From Macrostomum lignano (taxonomy: Eukaryota), in NCBI GenBank assembly GCA_002269645.1, contig NIVC01000364.1:1-64000 (forward strand): a stretch of 64,000 bases of DNA, written 5' to 3'. The notes beneath the pieces are model-generated. The model was not told where the DNA came from and searched no databases. It saw only the letters and a list, made by a program, of their open reading frames with translations. Both the position numbers and the translations under genes were made by a program. Of this stretch, positions 12,290-32,656 are shown piece after piece; the stretch's first letter is position 1; every line of letters begins with the position of its first letter.

Positions 12290-14005
12290 AGATAAAGAGA
12301 GGATAGATAAGGAGAGGGAGATAAGGATAGGGGGGATAAGGAGAGGTAGAGAAGGAGAGGGGGATAAGGAGAGGTAGAGAAGGAGAGGGAGATAAGGAGA
12401 GGTAGAGAAGGAGAGGGGGATAAGGAGAGGTAGAGAAGGAGAGGGGGATAAGGAGAGCTAGAGAAGGAGAGGGAGATAAGGAGAGGTAGAGAAGGAGAGG
12501 GGAGATAAGGAGAGGTAGAGAAGGAGAGGGCAGATAAGGAGAGGTAGAGAAGGAGAGGGAGATAAGGAGAGGTAGAGAAGGAGAGGGAGATAAGGAGAGG
12601 TAGAGGAGAGGGGAGATAAGGAGAGGTAGAGAAGGAGAGGGAGATAAGGAGAGGTAGAGGAGAGGGGAGATAAGGAGAGGTAGAGAAGGAGAGGGGAGAT
12701 AAGGAGAGCTAGAGAAGGAGAGGGAGATAAGGAGAGGTAGAGAAGGAGAGGGGAGATAAGGAGAGCTAGAGAAGGAGAGGGGAGATAAGGAGAGGTAGAG
12801 AAGGAGAGGGAGATAAGGAGAGGTAGAGAAGGAGAGGGGAGATAAGGAGAGGTAGAGAAGGAGAGGGGAGATAAGGAGAGGTAGAGAAGGAGAGGGAGAT
12901 AAGGAGAGGTAGAGAAGGAGAGGGAGATAAGGAGAGGTAGAGAAGGAGAGGGGAGATAAGGAGAGCTAGAGAAGGAGAGGGGAGATAAGGAGAGGTAGAG
13001 AAGGAGAGGGAGATAAGGAGAGGTAGAGAAGGAGAGGGAGATAAGGAGAGGTAGAGAAGGAGAGGGGAGATAAGGAGAGCTAGAGAAGGAGAGGGGAGAT
13101 AAGGAGAGGTAGAGAAGGAGAGGGAGATAAGGAGAGGTAGAGAAGGAGAGGGAGATAAGGAGAGGTAGAGAAGGAGAGGGAGATAAGGAGAGGTAGAGAA
13201 GGAGAGGGGAGATAAGGAGAGGTAGAGAAGGAGAGGGAGATAAGGAGAGGTAGAGAAGGAGAGGAGAGATAAGGAGAGGTAGAGAAGGAGAGGAGAGATA
13301 AGGAGAGGTAGAGAAGGAGAGGGAGATAAGGAGAGGTAGAGAAGGAGAGGGGAGATAAGGAGAGGTAGAGAAGGAGAGGGAGATAAGGAGAGGTAGAGAA
13401 GGAGAGGGGAGATAAGGAGAGCTAGAGAAGGAGAGGGGAGATAAGGAGAGGTAGAGAAGGAGAGGGAGATAAGGAGAGCTAGAGAAGGAGAGGGGAGATA
13501 AGGAGAGGTAGAGAAGGAGAGGGAGATAAGGAGAGGTAGAGAAGGAGAGGGGAGATAAGGAGAGGTAGAGAAGGAGAGGGGAGATAAGGAGAGGTAGAGA
13601 AGGAGAGGGAGATAAGGAGAGGTAGAGAAGGAGAGGGGAGATAAGGAGAGGTAGAGAAGGAGAGGAGAGATAAGGAGAGGTAGAGAAGGAGAGGAGAGAT
13701 AAGGAGAGGTAGAGAAGGAGAGGGAGATAAGGAGAGGTAGAGAAGGAGAGGGAGATAAGGAGAGGTAGAGAAGGAGAGGGAGATAAGGAGAGGTAGAGAA
13801 GGAGAGGGAGATAAGGAGAGGTAGAGAAGGAGAGGGGAGATAAAGAGAGGTAGAGAAGGAGAGGGAGATAAGGAGAGGTAGAGAAGGAGAGGGGAGATAA
13901 AGAGAGGTAGAGAAGGAGAGGGAGATAAGGAGAGGTAGAGAAGGAGAGGGAAGATAAGGAGAGGTAGAGAAGGAGAGGGGAGATAAGGAGAGGTAGAGAA
14001 AGAGG
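12290..14005. repeat. 28-29-bp polypurine satellite GATAAGGAGAGGTAGAGAAGGAGAGGG(G)A
   Basis: Direct reading. Confidence 0.97.
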
Positions 14006-14544
14006 GGGACATTGAAAGTGAAAGAGACAATGCTAAGGAGAATCAGGAGAGTCACTCACCTAAGAAGGGCAAAGTTTTTACCATTTTCCAGCGGAGAAAA
14101 TGCCAACTAATTCGTGATTGAAAACACTAATCTAAAAGTTGGCATTTGACAACATAAAATGCTGATAAAAAGGTATCAAGGGTTTGCAGCTCTCTTATAG
14201 AGAGTTTGATTCAATCCATAGATGAGGCTTTTTATTTGACAATCAGCCGTGCCCATTGTTCGGCGGCAGGTCTGACTCTGGCTTGTCAGGCGGCTCACCC
14301 TTTCGTCTTTCTTCTTTTTTTCGTTTCTTCTTTTCCACCTCAGCGCTGAGAGGTGCTCATCCTTCATCTTGCAGGCGTCAAAGCAAACTGCGATGGGGAA
14401 GGGGGAAGGGAGGGAGAGGGGAGCAGCGATGACGTCTAAAAAAATTACACGTGTCAGCTGTCAAAGTCAACTGGCTCTTTTAGAAGGTTTGTTTGGACCC
14501 AGAAAGAGTCAGGTAAAAATGAGCGCAGGGTTGCTTGGGCTGGA

Positions 14545-15767
14545 GACAAGCTGGAGACAGAGGAGTGAGAGAAGCCTTGAACATGTAGTACAGAGGAGTG
14601 ACAGAAGCCTTGAACATGTAGTACAGAGGAGTGACAGAAGCCTTGAACCTGTAGGACAGAGGAGTGACAGAAGCCTTGAACATGTAGTACAGAGGAGTGA
14701 CAGAAGCCTTGAACCTGTAGGACAGAGGAGTGACAGAAGCGAACGAAACTGCAGACAGAGGAGTGACAGAAGCCCTTGAACATGTAGAACAGAGGAATGA
14801 CACAAGCGAATGAACCTGCAGACAGAGGAGTGACAGAAGCCTTGAACATGTAGTACAGAGGAGTGACAGAAGCCTTGAACCTGTAGGACAGAGGAGTGAC
14901 AGAAGCCTTGGACATGTAGTACAGAGGAGTGACAGAAGCCTTAAACCTGTAGGACAGAGGAGTGACAGAAGCCTTGAACATGTAGGACAGAGGAGTGACA
15001 GAAGCCTTGAACATGTAGCACAGAAGAGGGACAGAAGCCTTGAACCTATAGGACAGAGGAGTCACAGAAGCTTTGAACCTATAGGACAGAGGAGTGACAG
15101 AAGCCTTGAACCTGTAGGACAGAGGAGGGACAGAAGCGAACGAACCTGCAGACAGAGGAGTGACAGAAGCCCTTGAACATGTAGAACAGAGGAATGACAC
15201 AAGCGAATGAACCTGCAGACAGAGGAGTGACACAAGCCTTGAACCTGTAGGACAGAGGGGTGACACAAGCGAACGAACCTGCAGACAGAGGAGTGACACA
15301 AGCGAACGAACCTGTAGGACAGAGGAATGACACAAGCGAACGAACCTGCAGACAGAGGAATGACAGAAGCGAACGAACCTGCAGACAGAGGAGTGACACA
15401 AGCGAACGAACCTGCAGACAGAGGAATGACACAAGCGAACGAACCTGCAGACAGAGGAGTGAAACAAGCGAACGAACCTGCAGACAGAGGAATGACACAA
15501 GCAAACGAACCTGCAGACAGAGGAGTGAAACAAGCGAACGAACCTGCAGACAGAGGAGTGACACAAGCGAACGAACCTGCAGACAGAGGAGTGAAACAAG
15601 CGAACGAACCTGCAGACAGAGGAGTGACAGAAGCGAACGAACCTGCAGACAGAGGAGTGAAACAAGCGAACGAACCTGCAGACAGAGGAGTGACACAAGC
15701 GAACGAACCTGCAGACAGAGGAGTGAAACAAGCGAACGAACCTGCAGACAGAGGAGTGACAGAAGCA
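14545..15767. repeat. 33-34-bp minisatellite GACAGAGGAGTGACA..., two subtypes
   Basis: The GAAGCCTTGAACATGTAG subtype grades into the CAAGCGAACGAACCTGCA subtype. Confidence 0.96.
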
Positions 15768-17269
15768 CAGTCCAACCGATAGTGTTCGCACAAATTTGAC
15801 CGAGAACTGATGCGCACCTGCCACTACGATGATGCAGGTTGTATGCGACTCTTATTAATTGCAAAATTTACACACCTAGAAATTAATTAACGCAACGGGC
15901 TCGAGTTATGCTTAGATGGCTGTTGTGCCAGAGGGCGGAAAATTGCGGATAAGGCGGGGATCAGCGGGGGGGGTCTGGGGTGGAGGGAATATGCGTGCCT
16001 GAGCACACCGAACTCAGAATTTACTCAGGGAACTCACGGGTTATCAGTATCAATAATTCATTTTGTTCGTTAGCCGATGCCCCAGATGTAATTACACGTT
16101 ATTATATGAGGATTTGAGTGAAAGGGGATTAGCAACTTAAGTTGAAATCTGCCTTCCCAAGCCGCCAACCCATTCCCGTTACTTTGCTGCCCGCAGCTTC
16201 CGCTCGGATGGGCGGGGAAAAAAGCAGCCAGAGCTGCGGGACAGGAGCGGATGGAGCTAGCGAAGCTGGTCACAATGGCCACTCAGATGGATCCGGGATC
16301 TGCTGGAGCCCGCCGGAGCGGAGAAGCTGTCGAATGCGGAAACTCATTCTCTTTTGTGTGGGGATTTGGGGGGGGGAGAATGAAAGTGGGATCTGGGCCG
16401 GTTCGGGCCTCGGTTCGCTGCGCTCTCTCAAAGCGGCGCTGCGCAGAGGGCAGACTCGAGAGATTCTGCCGCCCCAGCCTCTCAGCCTCATCCCCTTGGT
16501 GGCGGCTCAGGGGTGTGGAAGCGGCAAGCGGAAGAGGCCAGCAGCAATGAGAATGGCTGACGGAGGATTTGGTGTCGGGATGGCGGCGGTGAAACCGCGA
16601 CAACTTCCTCATCAGCCTGATGGATGACGGAGGGGCGGGAGGCTGGGAGAAAAATCAGCACAGAAATGATGAGGCGCTGGCCTAGGACTAAGCGAGAAGA
16701 ATAAGTGTTTCCCACTGACAGAAGCGAGATATCCTCTCTATTATTTTTATCGCAAATTTTTTACGCCAATGGAGGGAGCCAGCATGCCTCAGCGGAGCAG
16801 CTTTAACTCGCAATGGCATTCCAACGCCACAACAGGCGGAGTTTAACACCGAAAATTGGCCTATTATGGAAACCGCCTGCCTAACCAGCCTCACCTGCTT
16901 TCAGATCTGGCCTGCCCTGCCACCTTTTTAATCCTGCCGCCTTGCCGCCCCGGCCGTGACGCCGGCACAATGGCCCTCCGCATAGGAAGTTGTTGGTTGT
17001 CGGGGCTGGCTGCAACCGTTGCTCACCCGCAGCCTCCCGTCTCAGACTGTGCGGCGCCACGGAGTGCCGGTCTCACTAAGTAAAAAATACATATCCACAG
17101 GATCACCGACCCCTCAATACAGATTGCTTCTCGATTCTCGGCTGACTTTTTGCGCCTGATATTGGAACAAGTGGATAGGTGGCAGCAGCTCTCTCACTGC
17201 AGTGTTGCGGTGCTCAGCTGCTTGACTTCCTGAGGCTTTGATTGACTTGTGAAAAATGTGCATTGAAGC

Positions 17270-17465
17270 GCCTAATTGGACATCAGGGGGCTCCAAATTG
17301 GACATCAGGGGGCTCCAAATTGGACATCAGGGGGCTCCAAATTGGACATCAGAGGGCGCCAAATCGGACATCAGGGGCGCCAACTGGGACATCACGGGGC
17401 GCCGAATTGGACATCATTGGGGCGCCGAATCGGACATCAGGGGAGGGGGCGCCAAATTTGACATT
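17270..17465. repeat. 23-bp repeat AATTGGACATCAGGGGGCTCCA
   Basis: Direct reading. Confidence 0.85.
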
Positions 17466-17992
17466 GGGACAGTAAAAATCAAGTGACTTGGTTAATTTTG
17501 AATCAAGGCATTGAGAACGAGTCTTCTCCTAAGTAAGCAGCACAAAATTACTTCAGTCAACTAAAATGTGGATGATAAAAATAAATTCTATTTAGCTGAA
17601 TATTATAATTCTCCAACAAAGAATGACAGAACGCCACATCCAGTCAAGTTAGCGTCCTACTCAAGCCTCATCTAAATCATGGGGGCTGACAAAGTCAACT
17701 TGCGTCAAACAGATTCTTGTCTTCGCCTCGTCAGTCAAGCTCGGCCTCCCCGCCCGCTCAGCCGCTATCGTCGCCGCCTCGGCCGCTGATTGGTTGGCCA
17801 AAGTTTTGCCCCATTCAACCCCCCCCCCCCCCCCCCCCCAGAGTCATCGCCAACACCTCTGTGCTCACCTTGGCGGCAGACTGATTCTCCGTATAAATCT
17901 AACGCATTAAGTTACCAGGGCAGACCCAATCTGCTTTGATAAAGGCAAACTCATCATCGCTTTAATTTAATACAAGAAAAGCTGACACAGCG

Positions 17993-25809
<7,817 letters not shown>

Positions 25810-25869
25810 TATAAAGGCAGAGCAAAGATATGCGATCTTGGTGACTAATAGAGATCTAGAGACCTAGTC

Positions 25870-26530
25870 TTCAGTGACCTTGAAGACAGGAAGAAACCCA
25901 AACAAACCTTCATGACCTTGAACACACAGGAAGAAACCCAAAATTTGGTGACCTTGAAGATAGGAAGAAACACAAAAAAGTAGGTGACCTTGAAGACAGG
26001 AAGAAACCCAAAAGTTGGTGACCTTGAAGACAGGAAGAACCCCAAAAAAGTAGGTGACCTTGAAGACAGGAAGAAACCCCAAAAAAGTAGGTGACCTTGA
26101 AGACAGGAAGAAACCCAAACAAACCTTCATGACCTTGAACACACAGGAAGAAACCCAAAATTTGGTGACCTTGAAGACAGGAAGAAACACAAAAAAGTAG
26201 GTGACCTTGAAGACAGGAAGAAACCCAAAAGTTGGTGACCTTGAAGACAGGAAGAACCCCAAAAAGTAGGTGACCTTGAAGACAGGAAGAAACCCCAAAA
26301 AAGTAGGTGACCTTGAAGACAGGAAGAAACCCCAAAAAAGTTGGTGACCTTGAAGACAGGAAGAAACCCCAAAAAAGTAGGTGACCTTGAAGACAGAAAG
26401 AAACTCAAAAAGTAGGTGACCTTGAAGACAGGAAGAAACCCAAACAAACTTCATGAACTTGGGGACAGGAAGAAACCCCAACAGACTTGGTGACCTTAAA
26501 GACAGGAAGAAACCCCAACAGACTGGTGGC
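25870..26530. repeat. ~35-37-bp repeat GTGACCTTGAAGACAGGAAGAAACCCAAAAAAGTAG
   Basis: Direct reading. Confidence 0.93.
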
Positions 26531-27359
26531 CTTGAGGCCCAGAAGAAACCCAATCAGAATCAAAAACACAACCCCGCACTCACCCTCCAAGTTGCAGCCG
26601 GCCCTTCGATGTCCGGCCAGTGCGATGACTACGCCTCAATGGGAGCCTGGAGCCGCTTCCACTGATGCTTGCTGGGCAACAGTAAACAGATCGAACCTAA
26701 GCGGAATTTGCGTTGCAATTTCAAGCACAAGTCACTAGAAATTTTGTTAACTATTGTTAAAATTTATTATCTGTTTTTATTATAAGTAAAATTAACGCTA
26801 CAATATTTTACAGTACAATGCGTAATCAGCATGCGCTACCCAACAGTAATTATCTTTTTTATTGCACCCCGTCATAGGCTATTTGGAATCAACAAAAATT
26901 TTGAAATGCTTTACAAATTCACCCTACCGAGACATTCCAACACACAACTCATTATTTATCTTTTATTTATCAATTATTGAATGTAGTTTTTGTTTTGTTA
27001 ATCTCCTTTCGTCATTAAAATGTAAAACAAAATGAAAATTTGCACCCGACTACTGGCAGTACGCTCGTACGAGTATATTGTTTTTACGCTGTTTTCACAT
27101 CGAAAATATTTGAGTATCTTAAACATGTTTATTCTCGCAATGCTTCACGAAACCGCATCAAAGCAATCAACTCATCGGGAAATTTTTGTTCTTAATTATT
27201 TGAAGGCTGAAGCGAAATTAAGCAGGCACGCAATATTTTCTCTTTGCTTAATTCAACTGTTTTTGCAACAAAAACAGCTTCAGTTATTTGAGACACAATG
27301 AAATTGTTTTTGACTGAAGATCTTGAAAACTTGACGAAACCAAACGTTTGATAATTCTC

Positions 27360-27885
27360 GTACCCCGAAGACCGGTAAAAACCCATATTTAGGGGACATT
27401 GAAGACCGGTAAAAAATCAACTTCAAGTGATTTTGAAGACCAGTAAAAACCCAACTTCAAGTGATTTTGAAGACCAGCAAAAACCCAACTTTAAGGGACT
27501 TTGAAGACCGGTAAAAACCCAACTTCAAGTGACATTGAAGACCGGTAAAAACCCAACTTCAAGTGACATTGAAGACCGGTAAAAACCCAACTTCAAGTGA
27601 CATTGAAGACCGGTAAAAACCCAACTTCAAGTGATTTTGAAGACCAGCAAAAACTCAACTTTAAGGGACTTTGAAGACCGGTGAAAACCCAACTTTAAGA
27701 GACATTGAAGACCAGTAAAACCCATATTTAGGGGACATTGAAGACCGGTAAAAACCCAACTTTTAGAGACATTGAAGACCAGTAAAAACCCAACTTCAAG
27801 TGATTTTGAAGACCAGTAAAAACCCAACTTTAAGGGACTTTGAAGACCCGTAAAGACCCAACTTCAAGGGACAATGAAGACTAAA
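27360..27885. repeat. 34-bp repeat TTGAAGACCGGTAAAAACCCAACTTCAAGTGACA
   Basis: Direct reading. Confidence 0.93.
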
Positions 27886-27952
27886 ATAAAACGTCAACTT
27901 TCAGAGCATGACAAGTTCACATTTCAGTGAATTTCGAACCCCCCCCCTGTTG

Positions 27953-30770
27953 TCAGTAGTCAGTCTGGAACTGCACAGGCGTGACTGTGGTGAACGCGGC
28001 GTCCCCAGTGAAGCGCAGTCCGGTCCAATCGGACAGCCGGGCCAGCACTGGGAACCAGATCGCGTCGATCTGAAGAATCATGCGCAGTGTGCGCACAGTG
28101 TAGAACACGTCGCGAAACTCGTTCACCTCGTTCATAGCGCTCACTAGCAGGGCTATGATGAAGTTGAGCACTAGAACTACGAATACAAGTACGAAGATGA
28201 TGTGCGCGATGCTGGCCTCGGAGTGTCCGATTCGATCGTCTCGGCTTACGAGTTCATGAGGCCGCTCGGCGTTCAAGCTGAGGCTGAAGGCGTAGAACAC
28301 CTTTTTGGGTGAGTTGGGGTGGTTATTGGTTAGCTACTGTTTAATTAATGTCTTAATTGCCAGGTCACAATTAGTATGTCGAGTTTTAGTGACCAGGGCA
28401 TAAAGGAAAAAGCCAGGTTTCCGGGATCGTTATTCCGACACACAACTACACCTCATTTAAGCGCACTCGTACCTGACAGAGCCAGCTTGAGTGAAAGTCA
28501 ACCAACCAGGACTGCACAGCGCTGCTGTCTCCACTGTGTACGTTGAGTGAGGCGAAGCTAACAGAAGAGAATATTCTAGAAAAGATGGACAGCACAATTA
28601 GGTAGATAGCGGCGAAGTGCAAAAATCTCGAGAACATGCAGCGAAAGGCGTGCACAACTGGACCAAGATGTGGTATCATCTCCAGGTAGTACACGATTAG
28701 TATGTGCAGGAACAGGTAGCACATGTGAAATATTATCCTTAGCGAAAGAAACACATTAGCCACACGTTCCTGCAATGGATTTTTACTGCATATAAATTAG
28801 TGTGTACAGCATTACTGAGCACAAGCTCAAGAGAGGGTACGAGCTACAGACCTCGGTCAGCCATGACCTGAAATGGAACAGGAAGGAGAAGAGTGGACTT
28901 TTCGGACACGGCAGGTAGGACACTCGCACGGAGCACAGGATGAAGCAGAACAGGATTAGGCCAAAGCGGCAGGCGCTGGCCAGCCAATCCTGATCCATCC
29001 AGCCGGTCTCCATGGCAACTAGGAACCGTTTATACGACAGTCGACCATATCTCGTCAGGCGTCGCTTAGCAACAAGACGCTGTACGGACCGCGCGGAGTG
29101 CCAGAGCAGCAGAAAGATGCTCACGGATATGTAGGCAATGCGAATAGTTGTGAAGATGTCGCCGTTGTCAACTATGGGAGTCAGCATCAGTTTCTCAGAG
29201 CCCCGTCTGGGTCTCCAAGATTTGAAAGCCGAAACTTCCGTTTCATTTTCGTTTGCACTGTTGTTCATTCTGTTGGAGTTTCAGAGATGCAAAGTGAAGG
29301 TTGATCACAACCATGAGGCTCAGAACCAGTGCCAGCACTTACGACCAATCCTGATTACTCTGTTGAATCTTCTGCACACCAACGTCTTCCAGCACCTTCA
29401 GGTCGAACACCACAACGCTGTAGAAGGACACGCGCATAACCTCCTGGCTGAAGCACATCTGAGCAGATGTGGTCGGCTGCTGCATCTGCATCTCCAGTGG
29501 AATCTGCATCATAACAACCAGAGAGAGCCAGAACAGAGCCACAATGATGCAGATGGCGATGTTCCTGCGCCACAGCTGCCCGATCATGTGCTGAATCACC
29601 GGGTGCATCAGTATCTCACTGCTACGCAGCTCCTTGAAGTCCGCTTTGCTGCGGTAGCGAAGGAGATGAGGTGTTATGACTTCGGCATCGGGGTTTCATA
29701 TGATCTAAGGATCTGGTGTTACAGAATCTAAGGATCGGGGGATCTACAGGACACAAAAATTTCACAGGACCTAAGCATCGGGGGTGCTACAGGACATAAG
29801 GACTTCCCAGGATCTAAGGATCAGGGGTGCTACAGGACATAAGGACTTCACAGGATCTAAGGATCAGGGGTGCTACAGGACATAAGGACTTCACAGGATC
29901 TAAGGATCAGGGGTGCTACATGACTGAGACGTCACAGCAATACTTAATTGGCAATAAGCAAAAGCCTCACCGCATTTGTGACAGCAGCAGCACGGGATTC
30001 CTGAGCTGTCGGCAGGCCTCGCCAGGGCGCCTAGCGTAACCGTGCAGCTGGTACCGCTTGACCTGCAGGTTGCCAGCCAGCTGAGTCTCCTGGTAAACTC
30101 CCGGCGTCTCCAGCATGGCAACAGCCAGTCTGAAGCAGCGCAGTTTGATGGCCAGTTCCACTGGACGGAAGCCGCCGAGATCCTCGGCCAGCAGCAGATC
30201 ACACAGTCGAGTTCTCGGCAACAGAGAGTTATGCGTCAGTTGTTTGTATAGCGAGACGTAGCTGGCTTCCAGATGCGGCCTGTAGTGCGCGCCCCAGCAC
30301 AGGGCATGGAACACGCTGCTCTCGTTGGTGTCCTTGGCGCACCAGACGGTTGGCGCGGCGCCGAATCGGTCGGCCAGGACTCGCGTGCACTCCGAGGCGG
30401 CGCTAAACGCGCACAGGTGCGTCAATCGGTGGAAGGCGATGCGGTCAGAGCCGGCCGGACTTCGATAAGCCAGCGTCAGCTGTCGATGCCCATCGTCGGC
30501 GTCCAGTAGGTTGGCCAGTTGGCTGGCGTCGTCGCGTTGAACGGCTTCGCACCAGCGGTTAAGAGCCTCTGGCGTCAGGCCGAAGATTGCCGCCTCCGGG
30601 AAGCCGAACTTTTTTGCTGTGGCTCGAGGCGGACGCCGCTTTCGCGTCTTAAAGGAGGCGACTGCAGAGAAAAGCGGAGCGCAGAGCGCCGTCCACAGGG
30701 ACCACCGTGGTGTCTCGGGCCGGGTGAGCGAGTAGCTCGCGCGTCTCCGCTTTGGTCGGCGCAGTCGCAT
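27953..30770 (-). CDS. Divergent TRPV-like ankyrin + 6TM cation channel; exons ~30770-29971, 29648-29343, 29269-~28930, ~28770-28474, 28300-27953
   Basis: The ankyrin region KDTNESSVFHAL...SLYKQL...EDLGGFRPVELAIKL resembles TRPV QDSVGNTVLHAL...KGMTPLALAA. Pre-S1 PVIQHMIGQLWRR, hydrophobic S1-S5, and S6 FVLVFVVLVLNFIIALLVSAM. Introns 29970-29649 and 29342-29270 are GT-AG and phase-consistent. The S3 junction and the start codon are unresolved. Confidence 0.8.
29700..29920. repeat. 43-bp repeat in TRPV intron (GGATCTAAGGATCAGGGGTGCTACAGGACATAAGGACTTCACA)
   Basis: Direct reading. Confidence 0.88.
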
Positions 30771-32002
30771 CGCCAGAAAGACGTTTTCCTTCTAAAAGAA
30801 AGAAAATAAATCGCTGTGGATGAAGAGGATTTCTGAAAAGCTGAGCCTACGTCGCAGTTATTCGCCAAGTTATATGGCTCTATCGAGTAGATAGCAAAGT
30901 TTGCACAGCTGTCGCGTGTTTTTCTAGGAGCTCAATAATGCTAGATTGTTAATTTATCGCCTCCGTTGGCAGTTTTGAAGTTCAGTTGCCTGACTTTGGG
31001 TCAACCAAGTCAACAAAGTTTGCCGCCTGTGCGGGAAGGCGGCTTATCTGAGGACCAAACACCGTTGCTTCGTTCGACAAGTTTGATTTACAATCGAGGA
31101 TTAGAATTGAAATTTATTAAAACTATTTTTTAAGCTAGTAGGTTGGTGGCTTGTTTGATAGGAAGTTTGATAGGGAGATAGGTAGGTTAGGTTGGTAGGT
31201 AGGAAGTTTTGTAGATCGGTATATTGATATAGTTTTGCAGGTATCTAGGTAGGTGGGAAGAAAGGTAGATTGAACGGTAGGCAGGTAGACCGGAAAATTT
31301 GTAGGCATTCTAGTCGGTCGTAGTGACGTACGCGGGCCTTCTAACAACAACCTCGAATGGCTAGAGGTATTAGAGGCGCTATATTTAGCATAAGTAGATA
31401 TTGCAAAATTGAGTTCGAATTAAGCAGTAAATTCAGCCCGACAGCTTTTGTTTTTGTTATTGTTATTGTCATCTGACACGTTTGATTACTGGTCATTTTG
31501 AAGATCAGTGATTCGAGAATCTGCTCCATAGCAGATTAACAGGGACTGAAAGTGACAATTACTGACAGCTCTTGGCCAGCAAAGATTTCACTGCCCGCGC
31601 CCAAGCAGGCGTACATTCACTTTCTACTTGGGTCGGATAAAAACCTGAAGCAGAGATAGCCTATCTGAGAGTTAATTCGAGAACTGGCTGAGGCCGCGCA
31701 CTGTTTGGTTTTCCAACTTGCGACTCTGTGATTGTACTCCGCTGTGAGAGCACACTCGAACAGCCCCAGTTCTGGAACTGCAATCTCTGCGCTGCCCAGC
31801 CATAGCCAATGATTCACCAGCAATCCAGTTCGCTGTTTTAGCAAAGCGCCATTCACTCTGCGCTCCCCCACCTCCGCCTATAACGCCACTATATTAGAGA
31901 GCTACACAAAGGTCCAAAGAAAATCAAGTAAAGTCAAACACATCAAAGTTACCTGCGAGAACCTGTGTTATTTATTAAAGACCAATATCTCAATCCGTCG
32001 AC

Positions 32003-32656
32003 ATGAGCAGCAACCTTGATACGGGAAAGGCGAGTCGCGTCCTGGACCTGCTGGAGACGGCCACCAGGCGAGGCGATCTGGACAAAGATGAAGCGGTCAG
32101 CATCCTCTCCAGCTGGCTGGCAGATCAGAAGCGGCACTCGAGCGGCAACGGCTGCCTGCACAGCAGCTGGCCCGCTTGCACCGCCTCGCCAGCGACCAGC
32201 CCGGTGGAGCCTCCGCCGCTGCCTCCTCGAAGCTGGTTTTCAGACGCCCAGTGCCAGCAGGAGCAACAGCAGGAGGAACAACAACAGCAGCAGCAGCAAC
32301 AACAGCTAATGCTGCAGACCTCAAAGCAGCGTTGCAAGCAGAAACGATCGCCGGGTTGGTTTCAACTCTTAGCCAGCTGCGTCGTGCCCAAAGAGGCGGC
32401 AACTCAGCAACAGTTGGCGGAACCGCAGCATGCACCGCAGCTGGAACCCGAGTACCCGGATCACGAGTACGCGCTGTACGGAGCAGTGCAGAGCGAAGCC
32501 ACAGTCAGCAGCGGCACAATGGACGTGGAAGACGATTACGAAGCGTCCTATTACACCGAGGAGCCGCAAGGAGCCACTGCAGGCCGCAAGCAGAGGCTCC
32601 TGGTAGAAGAAGCGACTGAATCCAACACTGTGGACAGCGGCGTATCGAACTGTTAA
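32003..32656 (+). CDS. Hypothetical Q-rich, Tyr-motif-rich protein (217 aa; may be a terminal exon)
   Basis: GC-rich ORF with CAG/CAA polyQ in an AT-rich context, PPPLPPR motif and several acidic Tyr motifs. Possible acceptor at 31979-31980. Confidence 0.65.
   Translation: MSSNLDTGKASRVLDLLETATRRGDLDKDEAVSILSSWLADQKRHSSGNGCLHSSWPACTASPATSPVEPPPLPPRSWFSDAQCQQEQQQEEQQQQQQQQQLMLQTSKQRCKQKRSPGWFQLLASCVVPKEAATQQQLAEPQHAPQLEPEYPDHEYALYGAVQSEATVSSGTMDVEDDYEASYYTEEPQGATAGRKQRLLVEEATESNTVDSGVSNC

Noticed and set aside
12766-15864. 429-aa, 456-aa and neighbouring ORFs
   Set aside because: Translations of the polypurine and 33-bp satellites.
16142-16700. Alternative Pax6 first coding exon
   Set aside because: No donor with the required phase 2 downstream of an ATG was found. 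17993-18012 fits exactly.
28783-29342. TRPV gene as a pseudogene (apparent stop at 29339 and frame changes)
   Set aside because: The stop lies within a GTAAGT donor of a 73-nt intron that restores the frame. The later shift coincides with another plausible intron.
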